Assembly (NCBI GenBank): GCA_041690295.1 | Contig: JAWLHR010000014.1 | Coordinates: 19,664 to 83,663, forward strand | From: Bdellovibrionales bacterium | Lineage (GTDB): Bacteria; Bdellovibrionota; Bdellovibrionia; Bdellovibrionales; UBA1609 | DNA: 64,000 bases | Reading direction: 5' to 3' | Shown here: one piece after another, positions 37,894-47,200 of the stretch | How the letters are laid out: the number at the start of each line of letters is the position of its first letter | How positions within the stretch are numbered: position 1 is the stretch's first letter | The notes under the pieces: model-generated | The model's database searches: none | Told to the model about the DNA's origin: nothing | The model's input: the letters and a program-made list of their open reading frames with translations, nothing else | Program-made: the position numbers and the translations under genes

Positions 37894-38436
37894 ATGCCAA
37901 TGAACGATAGAAAGTTAGCGCAAGCGATATTTAAAATCGCCCACCTCGAAGGTGAATTCAAACTTCGTTCGGGAATGGTCTCGAACGAGTATTTTGATAA
38001 ATACCGGTTCGAAGCCCAACCACGGATCCTGAAGGCCATCGCGATGTCACTGCGAGGCTTAATCCCCTCCGACACCCAGGTCCTCGCCGGATTGGAAATG
38101 GGTGGCATCCCTATCGCCACGGCACTCGCACTTGAATCCGGACTTCCCGTGGTCTTCGTGCGCAAGCGCGCTAAAGAATATGGAACTCAACGCGTGGCTG
38201 AAGGCATGGATTCTCTTCGGGGAATGAAGGTTTGCATGGTGGAAGACGTGATCACCACCGGTGGACAAGTGATTCTCAGCGCCGAGGATCTGCGCGCCGA
38301 GGGCGCCATCATCAATCGCGTCCTATGTGTCATTTCCCGCCAACAAGGCGGTGAAGAAGCTCTGGCGAAAGCGGGCCTCGAAATGGTCCCGCTCTTCACA
38401 CAAGAACAACTCAAGATCGCCGCTGGCGAAGCTTAA
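37894..38436 (+). CDS. pyrE: Orotate phosphoribosyltransferase
   Basis: FKLRSG, YFDKY, VRKRAKEYGT, VEDVITTGG. Confidence 0.93.
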   Translation: MPMNDRKLAQAIFKIAHLEGEFKLRSGMVSNEYFDKYRFEAQPRILKAIAMSLRGLIPSDTQVLAGLEMGGIPIATALALESGLPVVFVRKRAKEYGTQRVAEGMDSLRGMKVCMVEDVITTGGQVILSAEDLRAEGAIINRVLCVISRQQGGEEALAKAGLEMVPLFTQEQLKIAAGEA

Positions 38437-39488
38437 GGCTGCTCCGCGATCATTTCACGAATGGCTTCTTTGATTTCGCCGGGCTGAGGCACGGTGGCGT
38501 CTTCGAGATTCGGATGCAGACCGATGCCCGGTACGTTCCTGGCGGCGATCACACGCGGAGGCGCATCCAATTCGTAGAACAGTTCCTGAGTCGCGCGATA
38601 GGCCAGGTGCTCACCGAAGTTGGTGACTTCAGTGTCCTCATTCACGAAGAGCACTTTCCTGGTTTTTTGCACTGACTTTTTCACCGCTTGCCAGTCGTAG
38701 GGATAAATCGAGCGCAAGTCGATCACTTCGACCGAATGACCCTCCTCACGCAACTCATCCGCCACTTGGTTGCAGATCAAGAGGTGGCGGCCATAGCTGA
38801 CAACCGTGATCTGATCTCCCGCGCGGGTGGTCTTCGCTTTTCCGATCGGAATTTTATAAGGCTCCAATTTCGGCCAGCGCGGCTTCCAGGACTTCCGATC
38901 ACCGATCGGCGCATCAATCATGTTCTTAAGTTCCCGCTGATCCTCGGGCTCACCGGGAATCAGTTCCTCTCCCCTCACCCGCATCAAGGCTTTGGGTTTT
39001 AAGAACAAGACGGGATTGGGATCTTCAACCGCGGACAACATCAACCCGTAAGCATCCAGCGGCGTGGCCGGCATGACCACTTTCCAACCCGCGAGGCGCG
39101 AAGCCCAGGCGTCAAACGAATGAGAGTGATAAATCGAGCCGCGAATTCCGGCTCCCACCGGGGTCATCACCACCATCGGAAGATGGTAGTTGCCCGCGCT
39201 CACCCATGAGGTGTTTCCGGCGATCTTTAGAAGATCGATGGTGTTGAAAATGTAATCGCAAAACTGGATCTCGGCCACGCAGCGTTCACCGGTCATGGCG
39301 ATGCCGATGGCCATTCCGATAATTCCGCGTTCATCCAAAGGCGAGTTCCAGGCGGTTTTCAATCCTTGGGTGGCCGTAAACACGCCACCCAGTGGAGCAC
39401 CGACGTCCTGGCCGAAAATATCTTTCACGCCGAGGTTTTCTTCCGAATAGTGAAGGGCCATGCGAATGGCCTGTGCCATGCTCGCCAT
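38433..39488 (-). CDS. 2-oxoacid dehydrogenase E1 beta subunit
   Basis: FGQDVG, SPLDE, EIQFCDY, HSHS, VIDLRS. Confidence 0.9.
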   Translation of the reverse strand: MASMAQAIRMALHYSEENLGVKDIFGQDVGAPLGGVFTATQGLKTAWNSPLDERGIIGMAIGIAMTGERCVAEIQFCDYIFNTIDLLKIAGNTSWVSAGNYHLPMVVMTPVGAGIRGSIYHSHSFDAWASRLAGWKVVMPATPLDAYGLMLSAVEDPNPVLFLKPKALMRVRGEELIPGEPEDQRELKNMIDAPIGDRKSWKPRWPKLEPYKIPIGKAKTTRAGDQITVVSYGRHLLICNQVADELREEGHSVEVIDLRSIYPYDWQAVKKSVQKTRKVLFVNEDTEVTNFGEHLAYRATQELFYELDAPPRVIAARNVPGIGLHPNLEDATVPQPGEIKEAIREMIAEQP

Positions 39489-40555
39489 TAGAACTTCCTC
39501 CAGTCACCATTTTCACCATTGGCGTAGAAATGATCCCAGATCGATTCCGGAGTCGGCGCGGGCTCGGAACGGACTTGTTCCTGGGCCTGGCGCCCCTCGT
39601 TTTCGTATTCTTCCCAAAGCTTTTTGGCATGAGCCGACGTGATGACGTCATTTTCGAGCAGGAGCTTTTCGAACTCACGCACACAATCATATTCGGGAAT
39701 CAAGTTCGCGCCCGTGGCTGACGAGTGCCCGTAAAGCCGGGACACTTTCGCTTCCAAAAGGACGGGCTTTCGGGTTTTGCGGATATAATTCATTTCCGAT
39801 TCAAGGGCTTTGTACGTTTCGATGGGATCATTACCGTCAATCACCAGCGTTCTCATATTGAACGCTTTACCCCGATCCGCGATATGGGTTTCGCCGTGTT
39901 GGCTGGCGTAATCGGTCGAGATGCCCCAAAGGTTATTTTGAACCGTGATCAGCATGGGAAGTTCACGCCCTGGCCGAGACGCCCAAACCAATGCTGTGGC
40001 GAAATCACCTTCCGCCGTCCCAGCATCACCACCGGTAACCACCGTCAATCCGCGGGTTTTATTCCGGCGTTGCACGTGAGCCGTCCCAATCGCGATCGCG
40101 TATTGCACTTCAATGGGAGACGACACGGGAGTGACATTCCATTGGGGAAAACAATAGTGATTGGAAAAGTTTCGGCCGCCGGTGCTCGGGTCCGTCGCCC
40201 GATTCATCATCAAGCGAATGGAATCGATCATGGGCATGCCCATGGCGATCAATGTCGGCGTCGCGCGATAATGTAAATGGAGGTAGTCATACTCAGGCCC
40301 CTGACCTTTATGCACAAGGAGACCGAGTGGAACGCCGAAGGCTTCTTCACCGGGGGCACCGATCCAGAAAAAGGCTTCGCCCGCTTTGTAAATTTTAATC
40401 AAGCGCTCTTCAAGAACCCGGCTTTTGACCATCAGTCCGTGCATGTGCCGAAGCAGGTCACGCGAGAGCGGCAGCGCTTTTTTGCTTTTCTTCTTATTGG
40501 ACATTTTTGTTTTAACTGACAAATTCGTCGAAGCCATGAATTGAAAACCCCTCAT
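39488..40555 (-). CDS. 2-oxoacid dehydrogenase E1 alpha subunit
   Basis: TPP motif GDAG...QNN; RLYGHSS. Confidence 0.9.
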   Translation of the reverse strand: MRGFQFMASTNLSVKTKMSNKKKSKKALPLSRDLLRHMHGLMVKSRVLEERLIKIYKAGEAFFWIGAPGEEAFGVPLGLLVHKGQGPEYDYLHLHYRATPTLIAMGMPMIDSIRLMMNRATDPSTGGRNFSNHYCFPQWNVTPVSSPIEVQYAIAIGTAHVQRRNKTRGLTVVTGGDAGTAEGDFATALVWASRPGRELPMLITVQNNLWGISTDYASQHGETHIADRGKAFNMRTLVIDGNDPIETYKALESEMNYIRKTRKPVLLEAKVSRLYGHSSATGANLIPEYDCVREFEKLLLENDVITSAHAKKLWEEYENEGRQAQEQVRSEPAPTPESIWDHFYANGENGDWRKF

Positions 40556-40583
40556 TCAGCCATACTGACGAGGGGGGGCTTTG

Positions 40584-42695
40584 TCAATTCGCGGCACCGT
40601 TGGGCTCGGCTTTCGGAGCGTCCGTGGCCACGGGGCGGGCCGGTTTGGTTTTGGCACCAAGCTTAATCGTGGGTGATCTCAGTTCCATCACCAAATCCGC
40701 GGCCACATTCACGGCTTCCACCACGTCGGCGCGGGCCAAATATTTCTTCTTACGTTCCTCCCGCGAGAGCGTCAGGTTCTCATCGGCACCGGGCTCGCCG
40801 GCTTCACCATCCACCTTGCCGTTCTTTTTGGGGTCCTTTTCTTTCAAAAGATCGCCGACGACGATCCACTTACCCCGTTTTTTAGACTTCTCAAGATCCT
40901 CTTTGATCTTTTTGAAATCCGGCGAGGCGGCGATTCGTTGATGCGATTTCACGCGCAATTTTTTGATGATTTCCTTGGTCAGGGGAATCCATGCGTTTTT
41001 CCCCTCACTCACAAAGGCTGTGGGAGAAATGAACGGCTGAATCTTTTTGGGCGGAAGCGAATAATCCAGCGTTTTTTCGCCGATATCATCCACTGCGAAA
41101 GCCGACGGAAATACGATATCCGCATCCACACCGCGATGCTGGGTGGACGCGCCGCCCGCAGTATAGAACATTCCCACCGTCGTTTTTATCGCTCCCAATC
41201 CCGGCGGTAAATACTCAACCGACTGAACACTGCCTTTTCCAAAAGTGTGGTCACCGCCGACGACCACCGCGCGACGGTAATCCTGCAATGTGCCTGAAAC
41301 GATCTCCGACGCCGAAGCGCTCACCCTGCTGGTCAAAATAACCAGCGGACCGGGCCAATCCACCGAAGGATCGGTATCACGAAGAGTTTCAAACGTCAGT
41401 GTGTCCAATTCCGGAGTGGATTTTTGACTTTGTCTCACCACATTTCCCGTGGCGAAAAACAATCCGGCGATATCAACGGCATCACGCAAGCTTCCGCCGC
41501 CGTTATTGGAAAGATCCAGGACAATCGCGTCCACTTTGTTCTTAACCGCTTCGGCCAGAAGTTTTTTAGTGTCTCCCGCGGCCGATGGACCGTTCTTGCG
41601 GTTATCCGCGTAAAACGAGGGCAGATTCAACAAGCCGATTTTCAGTTTCTGACCGTTCACCTCGCGGTCTAAATAGGTGATCGAAGCGGCCTCATCCTCA
41701 AGTTTGATCTTGTCGCGCACTAAGGTGAGATCGAAGCGTTCGGGTTCTTTCACGCCTTTGCGTAAGATGCGCAGGCGAACTTCCGAACCTTTCGGCCCAC
41801 GAATCAGCTTCACAACATCGCGCAATTCCATCTCAATGACGTTTTGGAAAGGTCCGTTCTTACCCTGGCCGACGGCGATGATCTTGTCTTTCGGTTTTAA
41901 TTTGCCTGAAGCATCGGCGGCTCCACCGGGAATGAGCTGCTCGATCACGGTGAACCCATCCTGCGAGCTGAGGGTGGCGCCTATGCCTTCAAGCGAAAGC
42001 CGCATTTGAATCTCGAAATCCTCCAGCGCGTCGGCGGAAAGATAACTGGAATGCGGATCAAGCGCTCGCGCGTAAGAATCCAAGTAAGATGACAGGAGAT
42101 CCTCATTCTTGAACTCCTGCACCCGCTTCAGCGCGCGTTCATAGTTGCGGATAATTTGCTGTTTCGCTTCGTCGACCTTCATGTCGGTGGCGAGATAAGT
42201 CGCCACTTGGTACTGCATGTAGCTTTCGTGAAAGCGGTTGGCCTCAGCCAAGGTTTTCGGACGGGGCCGCTCCTGAGGGTCCCTTTGGATTTTTACATTG
42301 GGATTGTACTTGAATTTAGGACCTAGGTATTTTTTGGCGTAGGCGACCCGCTCTTCCACGCGTTTAATGAACAACTTGTTGGCTTTATCGAGCGCCGTGC
42401 AGTCTTTATTGCGGACTTTGTCAAAGATGCCCGTCATCAACTGTTCGATTTGCTTAACGTCCTTATCCAATAAATATAGTTTTGATCCATCCAATCGCTT
42501 GATGAACTGTTCGATCGTTCGGGACTCGAGGTTTTTCTGTAGTTTGGAATGATTGATGTGCTTTTCCAGGTATTTGGCTTGAACAGGATGCAGATGAACA
42601 CAGCTGAGTTCCAGAGCTGAAGACCGTGTGAACTGCGCGTTGGACCACGGGGCGGTAAACAGCGCCAATCCTAAGATGATGATCATTTTTCGCAT
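40584..42695 (-). CDS. Carboxy-terminal processing (tail-specific) protease, S41 family
   Basis: DPHSSY, PDZ EGIGA, DLSNNGGG, SASASEI, TFGKGSVQ; signal peptide. Confidence 0.92.
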   Translation of the reverse strand: MRKMIIILGLALFTAPWSNAQFTRSSALELSCVHLHPVQAKYLEKHINHSKLQKNLESRTIEQFIKRLDGSKLYLLDKDVKQIEQLMTGIFDKVRNKDCTALDKANKLFIKRVEERVAYAKKYLGPKFKYNPNVKIQRDPQERPRPKTLAEANRFHESYMQYQVATYLATDMKVDEAKQQIIRNYERALKRVQEFKNEDLLSSYLDSYARALDPHSSYLSADALEDFEIQMRLSLEGIGATLSSQDGFTVIEQLIPGGAADASGKLKPKDKIIAVGQGKNGPFQNVIEMELRDVVKLIRGPKGSEVRLRILRKGVKEPERFDLTLVRDKIKLEDEAASITYLDREVNGQKLKIGLLNLPSFYADNRKNGPSAAGDTKKLLAEAVKNKVDAIVLDLSNNGGGSLRDAVDIAGLFFATGNVVRQSQKSTPELDTLTFETLRDTDPSVDWPGPLVILTSRVSASASEIVSGTLQDYRRAVVVGGDHTFGKGSVQSVEYLPPGLGAIKTTVGMFYTAGGASTQHRGVDADIVFPSAFAVDDIGEKTLDYSLPPKKIQPFISPTAFVSEGKNAWIPLTKEIIKKLRVKSHQRIAASPDFKKIKEDLEKSKKRGKWIVVGDLLKEKDPKKNGKVDGEAGEPGADENLTLSREERKKKYLARADVVEAVNVAADLVMELRSPTIKLGAKTKPARPVATDAPKAEPNGAAN

Positions 42696-42808
42696 ATATT
42701 GTCCTTGCAAGGCGTCCAGCTCCCTTTTCGGTCAGATTCAAATCCAACCTGACCGTATCATGAATTTTCTCAAAATTGGGCGCTTTTGCCTAGACCAAGA
42801 TACCCGCG

Positions 42809-43723
42809 TTACTCGTCAAACAGGGTCAATTGGGCTTCAGGACGCAATAATTGATCCTCAACCCTGTCCGGGAAAACTTCCGTCTTGATGATTTGTTCGC
42901 CATGAGTCTGAATGACGAAAAATGACATGCCTGGATTTTCAGCCTTGAGTTCCCGCATTTCCTGAACAATCCACTCGATATTCACCGGATCGTCGTCGGA
43001 CATGCCGAAACGGTGAAACGGATTCGCACCGTAAACGCGTTTGGCTTTTTCAACCGCGGCCCGCAAAGCTTTTCGCTTGAGATTGGGAACGGATTCATCT
43101 TCCGTGACGTTCAGACGGGCTTTGATTTCCGGATGATTCACCGGAAAGAGCGCCAAATAATTCGGCTCGTGCGGCAAATGACCTTCATTAACCCAAAGCC
43201 GGATTCCCGCCTTCAAAGTGTCGGGGTGGTGCCCCCGCGCGGTGATCAGCGCCACCGGGCGGGAATTGAAAACCGCGTGATAAAAGCAATTCCACGACGG
43301 CCCTTTCCACTGCACATCCGGCATTCCCAACGCCGCCGCCAGATCTTGAATGAACACTTGCTTACGGCCCATGAGGCGTTCCAACCAGCCAATGTCCCGG
43401 TCCCGATAACAACGGAACGTGCCCGTTTCCGGATCGTGGCGGATCTCGTAATCCGCATACGGACCGCACTTTCCTATAAATTGACTGTGTTTGGTAAATT
43501 CACGGCCACTTAACTGGATTTCGGCGCCGGTTTCACGATGAAAAAGGAATGTGGGCGTCGATAAAAAAGCGATGTTTTCGTCGAAGTCGAAAAAATAGAA
43601 ACTGCGGCCGCCCCGGTGAAAATTGCGGTCCGGCTCACGTTGCCGCTCGAGCGGCAGTTCCAGTTGTAGGATATTCGACGGTCGCTTCATCCCCCCATGA
43701 GCTAAAATCTCATGGGACTGCAT
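42809..43723 (-). CDS. HAD-superfamily-like hypothetical protein
   Basis: FFDFDENI (DxD), ITARG, K, GMSDDD. Confidence 0.65.
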   Translation of the reverse strand: MQSHEILAHGGMKRPSNILQLELPLERQREPDRNFHRGGRSFYFFDFDENIAFLSTPTFLFHRETGAEIQLSGREFTKHSQFIGKCGPYADYEIRHDPETGTFRCYRDRDIGWLERLMGRKQVFIQDLAAALGMPDVQWKGPSWNCFYHAVFNSRPVALITARGHHPDTLKAGIRLWVNEGHLPHEPNYLALFPVNHPEIKARLNVTEDESVPNLKRKALRAAVEKAKRVYGANPFHRFGMSDDDPVNIEWIVQEMRELKAENPGMSFFVIQTHGEQIIKTEVFPDRVEDQLLRPEAQLTLFDE

Positions 43724-43724
43724 G

Positions 43725-46331
43725 TCAAGGAGTGGCTGATTTTGCGGCCTTTTTCGTAACCGTTCGCGTGCCGGCCCGCTTACCGCCCTTTTTTTGTGTC
43801 GAAATCTTTTCTCGAATCAGAGGCAACACCGACTCCAGCGTCAATTCCTCGATTTTGGCGTCATCACCCAACGAGATATTTTTGCCCCCCACTTTGATGT
43901 AGGGGCCGTATTTTCCCGTGTGAACATGAACCGGTTCCTGCGTGTCCGGAAACACTCCGAGATCCTTCAATGGAGCGGATCTGCCACGCATCCGCTTCGG
44001 CTGCGCGAACAACTCCAGCGCCCGCTTTAAATCCACCGCGAAGATGTTCTCGTTTTTCGGAATCGAACGGTAATCGCCGTCATGAACCACGTAGGGGCCG
44101 AAGCGTCCCAATCCTTTTTTGATATCTTTGCCCGTCTCCGGATGTTTACCCAGGGTTTTGGGAAGCTCGAGAAGCATCAAAGCTTGTTCGAGCTTGATCT
44201 CTTCGGGATTCAAAGTCGCGGGAATCGCCATCCGTTTCAATTGGTCGGAGTCATTATCGCCCAACTGCACATAGGGGCCATAGCGGCCGGATAAGACATA
44301 AACCGGCAAACCGGTTTTCGGGTCCTTGCCAAGCGCATCCGTCCCGTTGATTTTCTGATCAATCAGCTTGTTGGCCGCTTCCTTGGTCATATCTCCCGGG
44401 ATCTGGGTCTCGGGTAATGAGGCGCAGATCTCTTTACCGCCTTCTTCACGACAGACATACGCCCCGTACTTCCCGATGCGGAAGTTCAGCTCTTCCAATC
44501 CTTCAAGTTTAATGGATCGCGACTCTTCGGCGTCGATGGCTTTTTCTTGGCGCTCGATCTGAGCTTTCAAACCGGACTGGCCGAAATATATGGACGAAAG
44601 ATATTTCACGAAATCCATCTCGCCGTGAGCGATGTCATCCAGCTTTCGCTCCATCTCACTGGTGAAGCCAAGGTCCACGTAATCCGGCAAATAGTTCTTT
44701 AAAAGTTTCGACACCACCAAGGCGGTGAAGGTGGGCACCAATGCGTTCCCGACTTTGCGTACGTATCCCCGATCCTGAATGGTGCTGATGATCGTGGCGT
44801 AAGTTGAAGGACGACCGATGCCTTCACGCTCCATGGTCTGCACCAAAGAAGCTTCCGTGTAGCGAGCCGGGGGCTTGGTTTCATGTTCATTGGTCATGAA
44901 CTTATGGACTTTAACGCGATCTCCGACCTTCAGCTTAGGCAAGCGGACTTCTTTTTCTTCCTGCGCGTCCTCTTCCTGATCTTCGACGTAAGCCTTCAGG
45001 AAGCCAGGGAACTCAACCGTCAAACCGGAAGCGGCGAACACGGCATCTCCCACCTTGAACTTCACGCTCACTTGTTTTTGTTCCGAATTCTTCATTTGAC
45101 TGGCGACGGTGCGCTTCCAAATCAATTCATAAAGCTTCAACAATCCGCCGCTGAGACCGGTCTCCTCCGGAGTTTGAAATTGAGTTCCGGCGGGTCGGAT
45201 GGCTTCGTGAGCTTCTTGCGCGCCTTTCGCTTTTTTGGCCGAGTATTCCCGAGGTTCGGCGGGCAAATATTCCTTGCCGAACAAACTTTGAATCGCCGCC
45301 CGTGAAGCTTGAATGGCCTGAGCCGAAAGATTGGGTGAATCAGTACGCATGTAAGTGATAAATCCGCGTTCATAAAGCTTTTGCGCCAGCTCCATTGTCT
45401 CGCGGGATGAATACCCGAGCTTTCGGTTCGCTTCCTGCTGCAATGTGGACGTGATAAACGGCGGCGCCGGTTTACGGGAGATGGGTTTTTCTTCAACTTC
45501 GTCGACGACCCACTCTTTACCTTGGAGCTTTTCGACCCATTTATCGGCTTCCGGCTTTCGCAGCCAGATCACGCTGGATTTTTTGTCTTCCGCCAGCTGA
45601 CCGGTTTCGCTGTCAAAATCCTTTCCCGTGGCCACACGACGGCCATCAAGAAGAAACGCCCGGCTTTCGAACTCAACGCCCTCTTTTTCATTGGTCGCGG
45701 TGATGCTGGCGTACTTGGCCTTTTTGAATCGAAGTCTTTCATGTTCCCGTTCGGCGATCAGCCGGACCGCCACCGATTGCACCCGGCCCGCGGACAATCC
45801 GTACGTGACCTTCTTCCATAACAAGGGCGAAATCGAATAACCCACGAGCCGGTCGAGGATCCGGCGCGCCTCTTGGGCCCGCACGAGATCGTCATCAATG
45901 TCCCTGAATTTGGTGAGAGCTTCCTGAATCGCTTCCCGCGTGATCTCATGAAATACCATTCGCTTCACCGGAACCCGCGGTTTCAAGACTTCCACCAAAT
46001 GCCAGCTGATACTTTCCCCTTCGCGGTCTTCATCAGTCGCGAGAATCAATTCCTCAGCGTCAGCCAATTTCTCCTTCAGCGCTTTGACGATACGAGTTTT
46101 GGTTTTGGGTACACAATATATAGGAGTAAAACTGTCATCGACGTTCACACCCAGGTTGGCCCATTTTTCTTTTTTGTACTTCTCCGGAATTTCCTTCGCC
46201 GACTGCGGAAGGTCACGTACGTGACCCATGCACGATTCCACCGTGTACTCTTTCCCGAGGAACTTGCGGATCGTTTTGGCTTTGGTCGGTGACTCGACAA
46301 TGACTAATTTTTTGGCTGTGGCTTTGGACAT
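43725..46331 (-). CDS. topA: DNA topoisomerase I
   Basis: IVESPTKAK, ATDEDREGE, SAGRVQS, ITYMRTDS; C-terminal GRYGPY-type Topo_C repeats. Confidence 0.97.
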   Translation of the reverse strand: MSKATAKKLVIVESPTKAKTIRKFLGKEYTVESCMGHVRDLPQSAKEIPEKYKKEKWANLGVNVDDSFTPIYCVPKTKTRIVKALKEKLADAEELILATDEDREGESISWHLVEVLKPRVPVKRMVFHEITREAIQEALTKFRDIDDDLVRAQEARRILDRLVGYSISPLLWKKVTYGLSAGRVQSVAVRLIAEREHERLRFKKAKYASITATNEKEGVEFESRAFLLDGRRVATGKDFDSETGQLAEDKKSSVIWLRKPEADKWVEKLQGKEWVVDEVEEKPISRKPAPPFITSTLQQEANRKLGYSSRETMELAQKLYERGFITYMRTDSPNLSAQAIQASRAAIQSLFGKEYLPAEPREYSAKKAKGAQEAHEAIRPAGTQFQTPEETGLSGGLLKLYELIWKRTVASQMKNSEQKQVSVKFKVGDAVFAASGLTVEFPGFLKAYVEDQEEDAQEEKEVRLPKLKVGDRVKVHKFMTNEHETKPPARYTEASLVQTMEREGIGRPSTYATIISTIQDRGYVRKVGNALVPTFTALVVSKLLKNYLPDYVDLGFTSEMERKLDDIAHGEMDFVKYLSSIYFGQSGLKAQIERQEKAIDAEESRSIKLEGLEELNFRIGKYGAYVCREEGGKEICASLPETQIPGDMTKEAANKLIDQKINGTDALGKDPKTGLPVYVLSGRYGPYVQLGDNDSDQLKRMAIPATLNPEEIKLEQALMLLELPKTLGKHPETGKDIKKGLGRFGPYVVHDGDYRSIPKNENIFAVDLKRALELFAQPKRMRGRSAPLKDLGVFPDTQEPVHVHTGKYGPYIKVGGKNISLGDDAKIEELTLESVLPLIREKISTQKKGGKRAGTRTVTKKAAKSATP

Positions 46332-46417
46332 ATTGATTTAGAAATGGACTCATTGCGGATATCTTTCAATCCTTTTCTCTTGACTCAATGCTTCTGTGTT
46401 GTGTGCGATGGTCCGGT

Positions 46418-47200
46418 ATGAAACCGCTTCAAGATTTCAATTCCCGGACAGTTCGTGTGCTTTTTACCGATATTGATGGGACTTTAACCGATTCGGGACG
46501 CCTGCCCGCGCGCAGTTATGATCGATTGGAACGACTCCATCACGCCGGAATCGCGGTGATTCCCGTAACTGGACGTCCGGCTGGTTGGTGCGAATTGATC
46601 GCACGACTTTGGCCGGTCCACGGGGTGGTGGGCGAAAACGGCGCTTTCTACTTTCGTTTCGATGGCCAAAAGATGCGGCGGCAATTCGCGCAATCGCGAA
46701 GTGAGCGTCTGGCGGGAAAAAAGAAACTTCGCCTGATCCGCGATGAAGTTTTAAAAGAAATTCCGGGCGCCGCCGTGGCTTCGGATCAATTTTGCCGAGT
46801 GCAAGACTTGGCGATTGATTTCCGCGAAGACGTGAAGCCGCTCCCGGAATCCGCCATCGACAAAATAGTGGCCATATTTCGCAAACATGGAGCCCAAGCC
46901 AAAGTTTCAAACATTCACGTCAACGGCTGGTTCGGCGAGCATGACAAGGTGACGACCTGCCGGCGGTATTTAAGCGAACAATTTTCCTTTTCCCCCGATG
47001 AAATGAAATCTTTTTGCGCCTTCGCGGGCGACTCGCCCAACGACGAACCGATGTTCGCGTTTTTTCCTAATTCCTTCGCGGTCGCCAATATCAGGGGTTT
47101 CGTTTCCCGGCTCAAGCACCAACCCGCCTATGTGGCGGAAGGGTTGGAGGCCGAAGGTTTTTGCCAAATCGCCGATCGGCTACTCGCCCTTAAGGGCTGA
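46418..47200 (+). CDS. HAD-IIB family hydrolase
   Basis: FTDIDGTLT, VTGR, GENG, GDSPND. Confidence 0.9.
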   Translation: MKPLQDFNSRTVRVLFTDIDGTLTDSGRLPARSYDRLERLHHAGIAVIPVTGRPAGWCELIARLWPVHGVVGENGAFYFRFDGQKMRRQFAQSRSERLAGKKKLRLIRDEVLKEIPGAAVASDQFCRVQDLAIDFREDVKPLPESAIDKIVAIFRKHGAQAKVSNIHVNGWFGEHDKVTTCRRYLSEQFSFSPDEMKSFCAFAGDSPNDEPMFAFFPNSFAVANIRGFVSRLKHQPAYVAEGLEAEGFCQIADRLLALKG

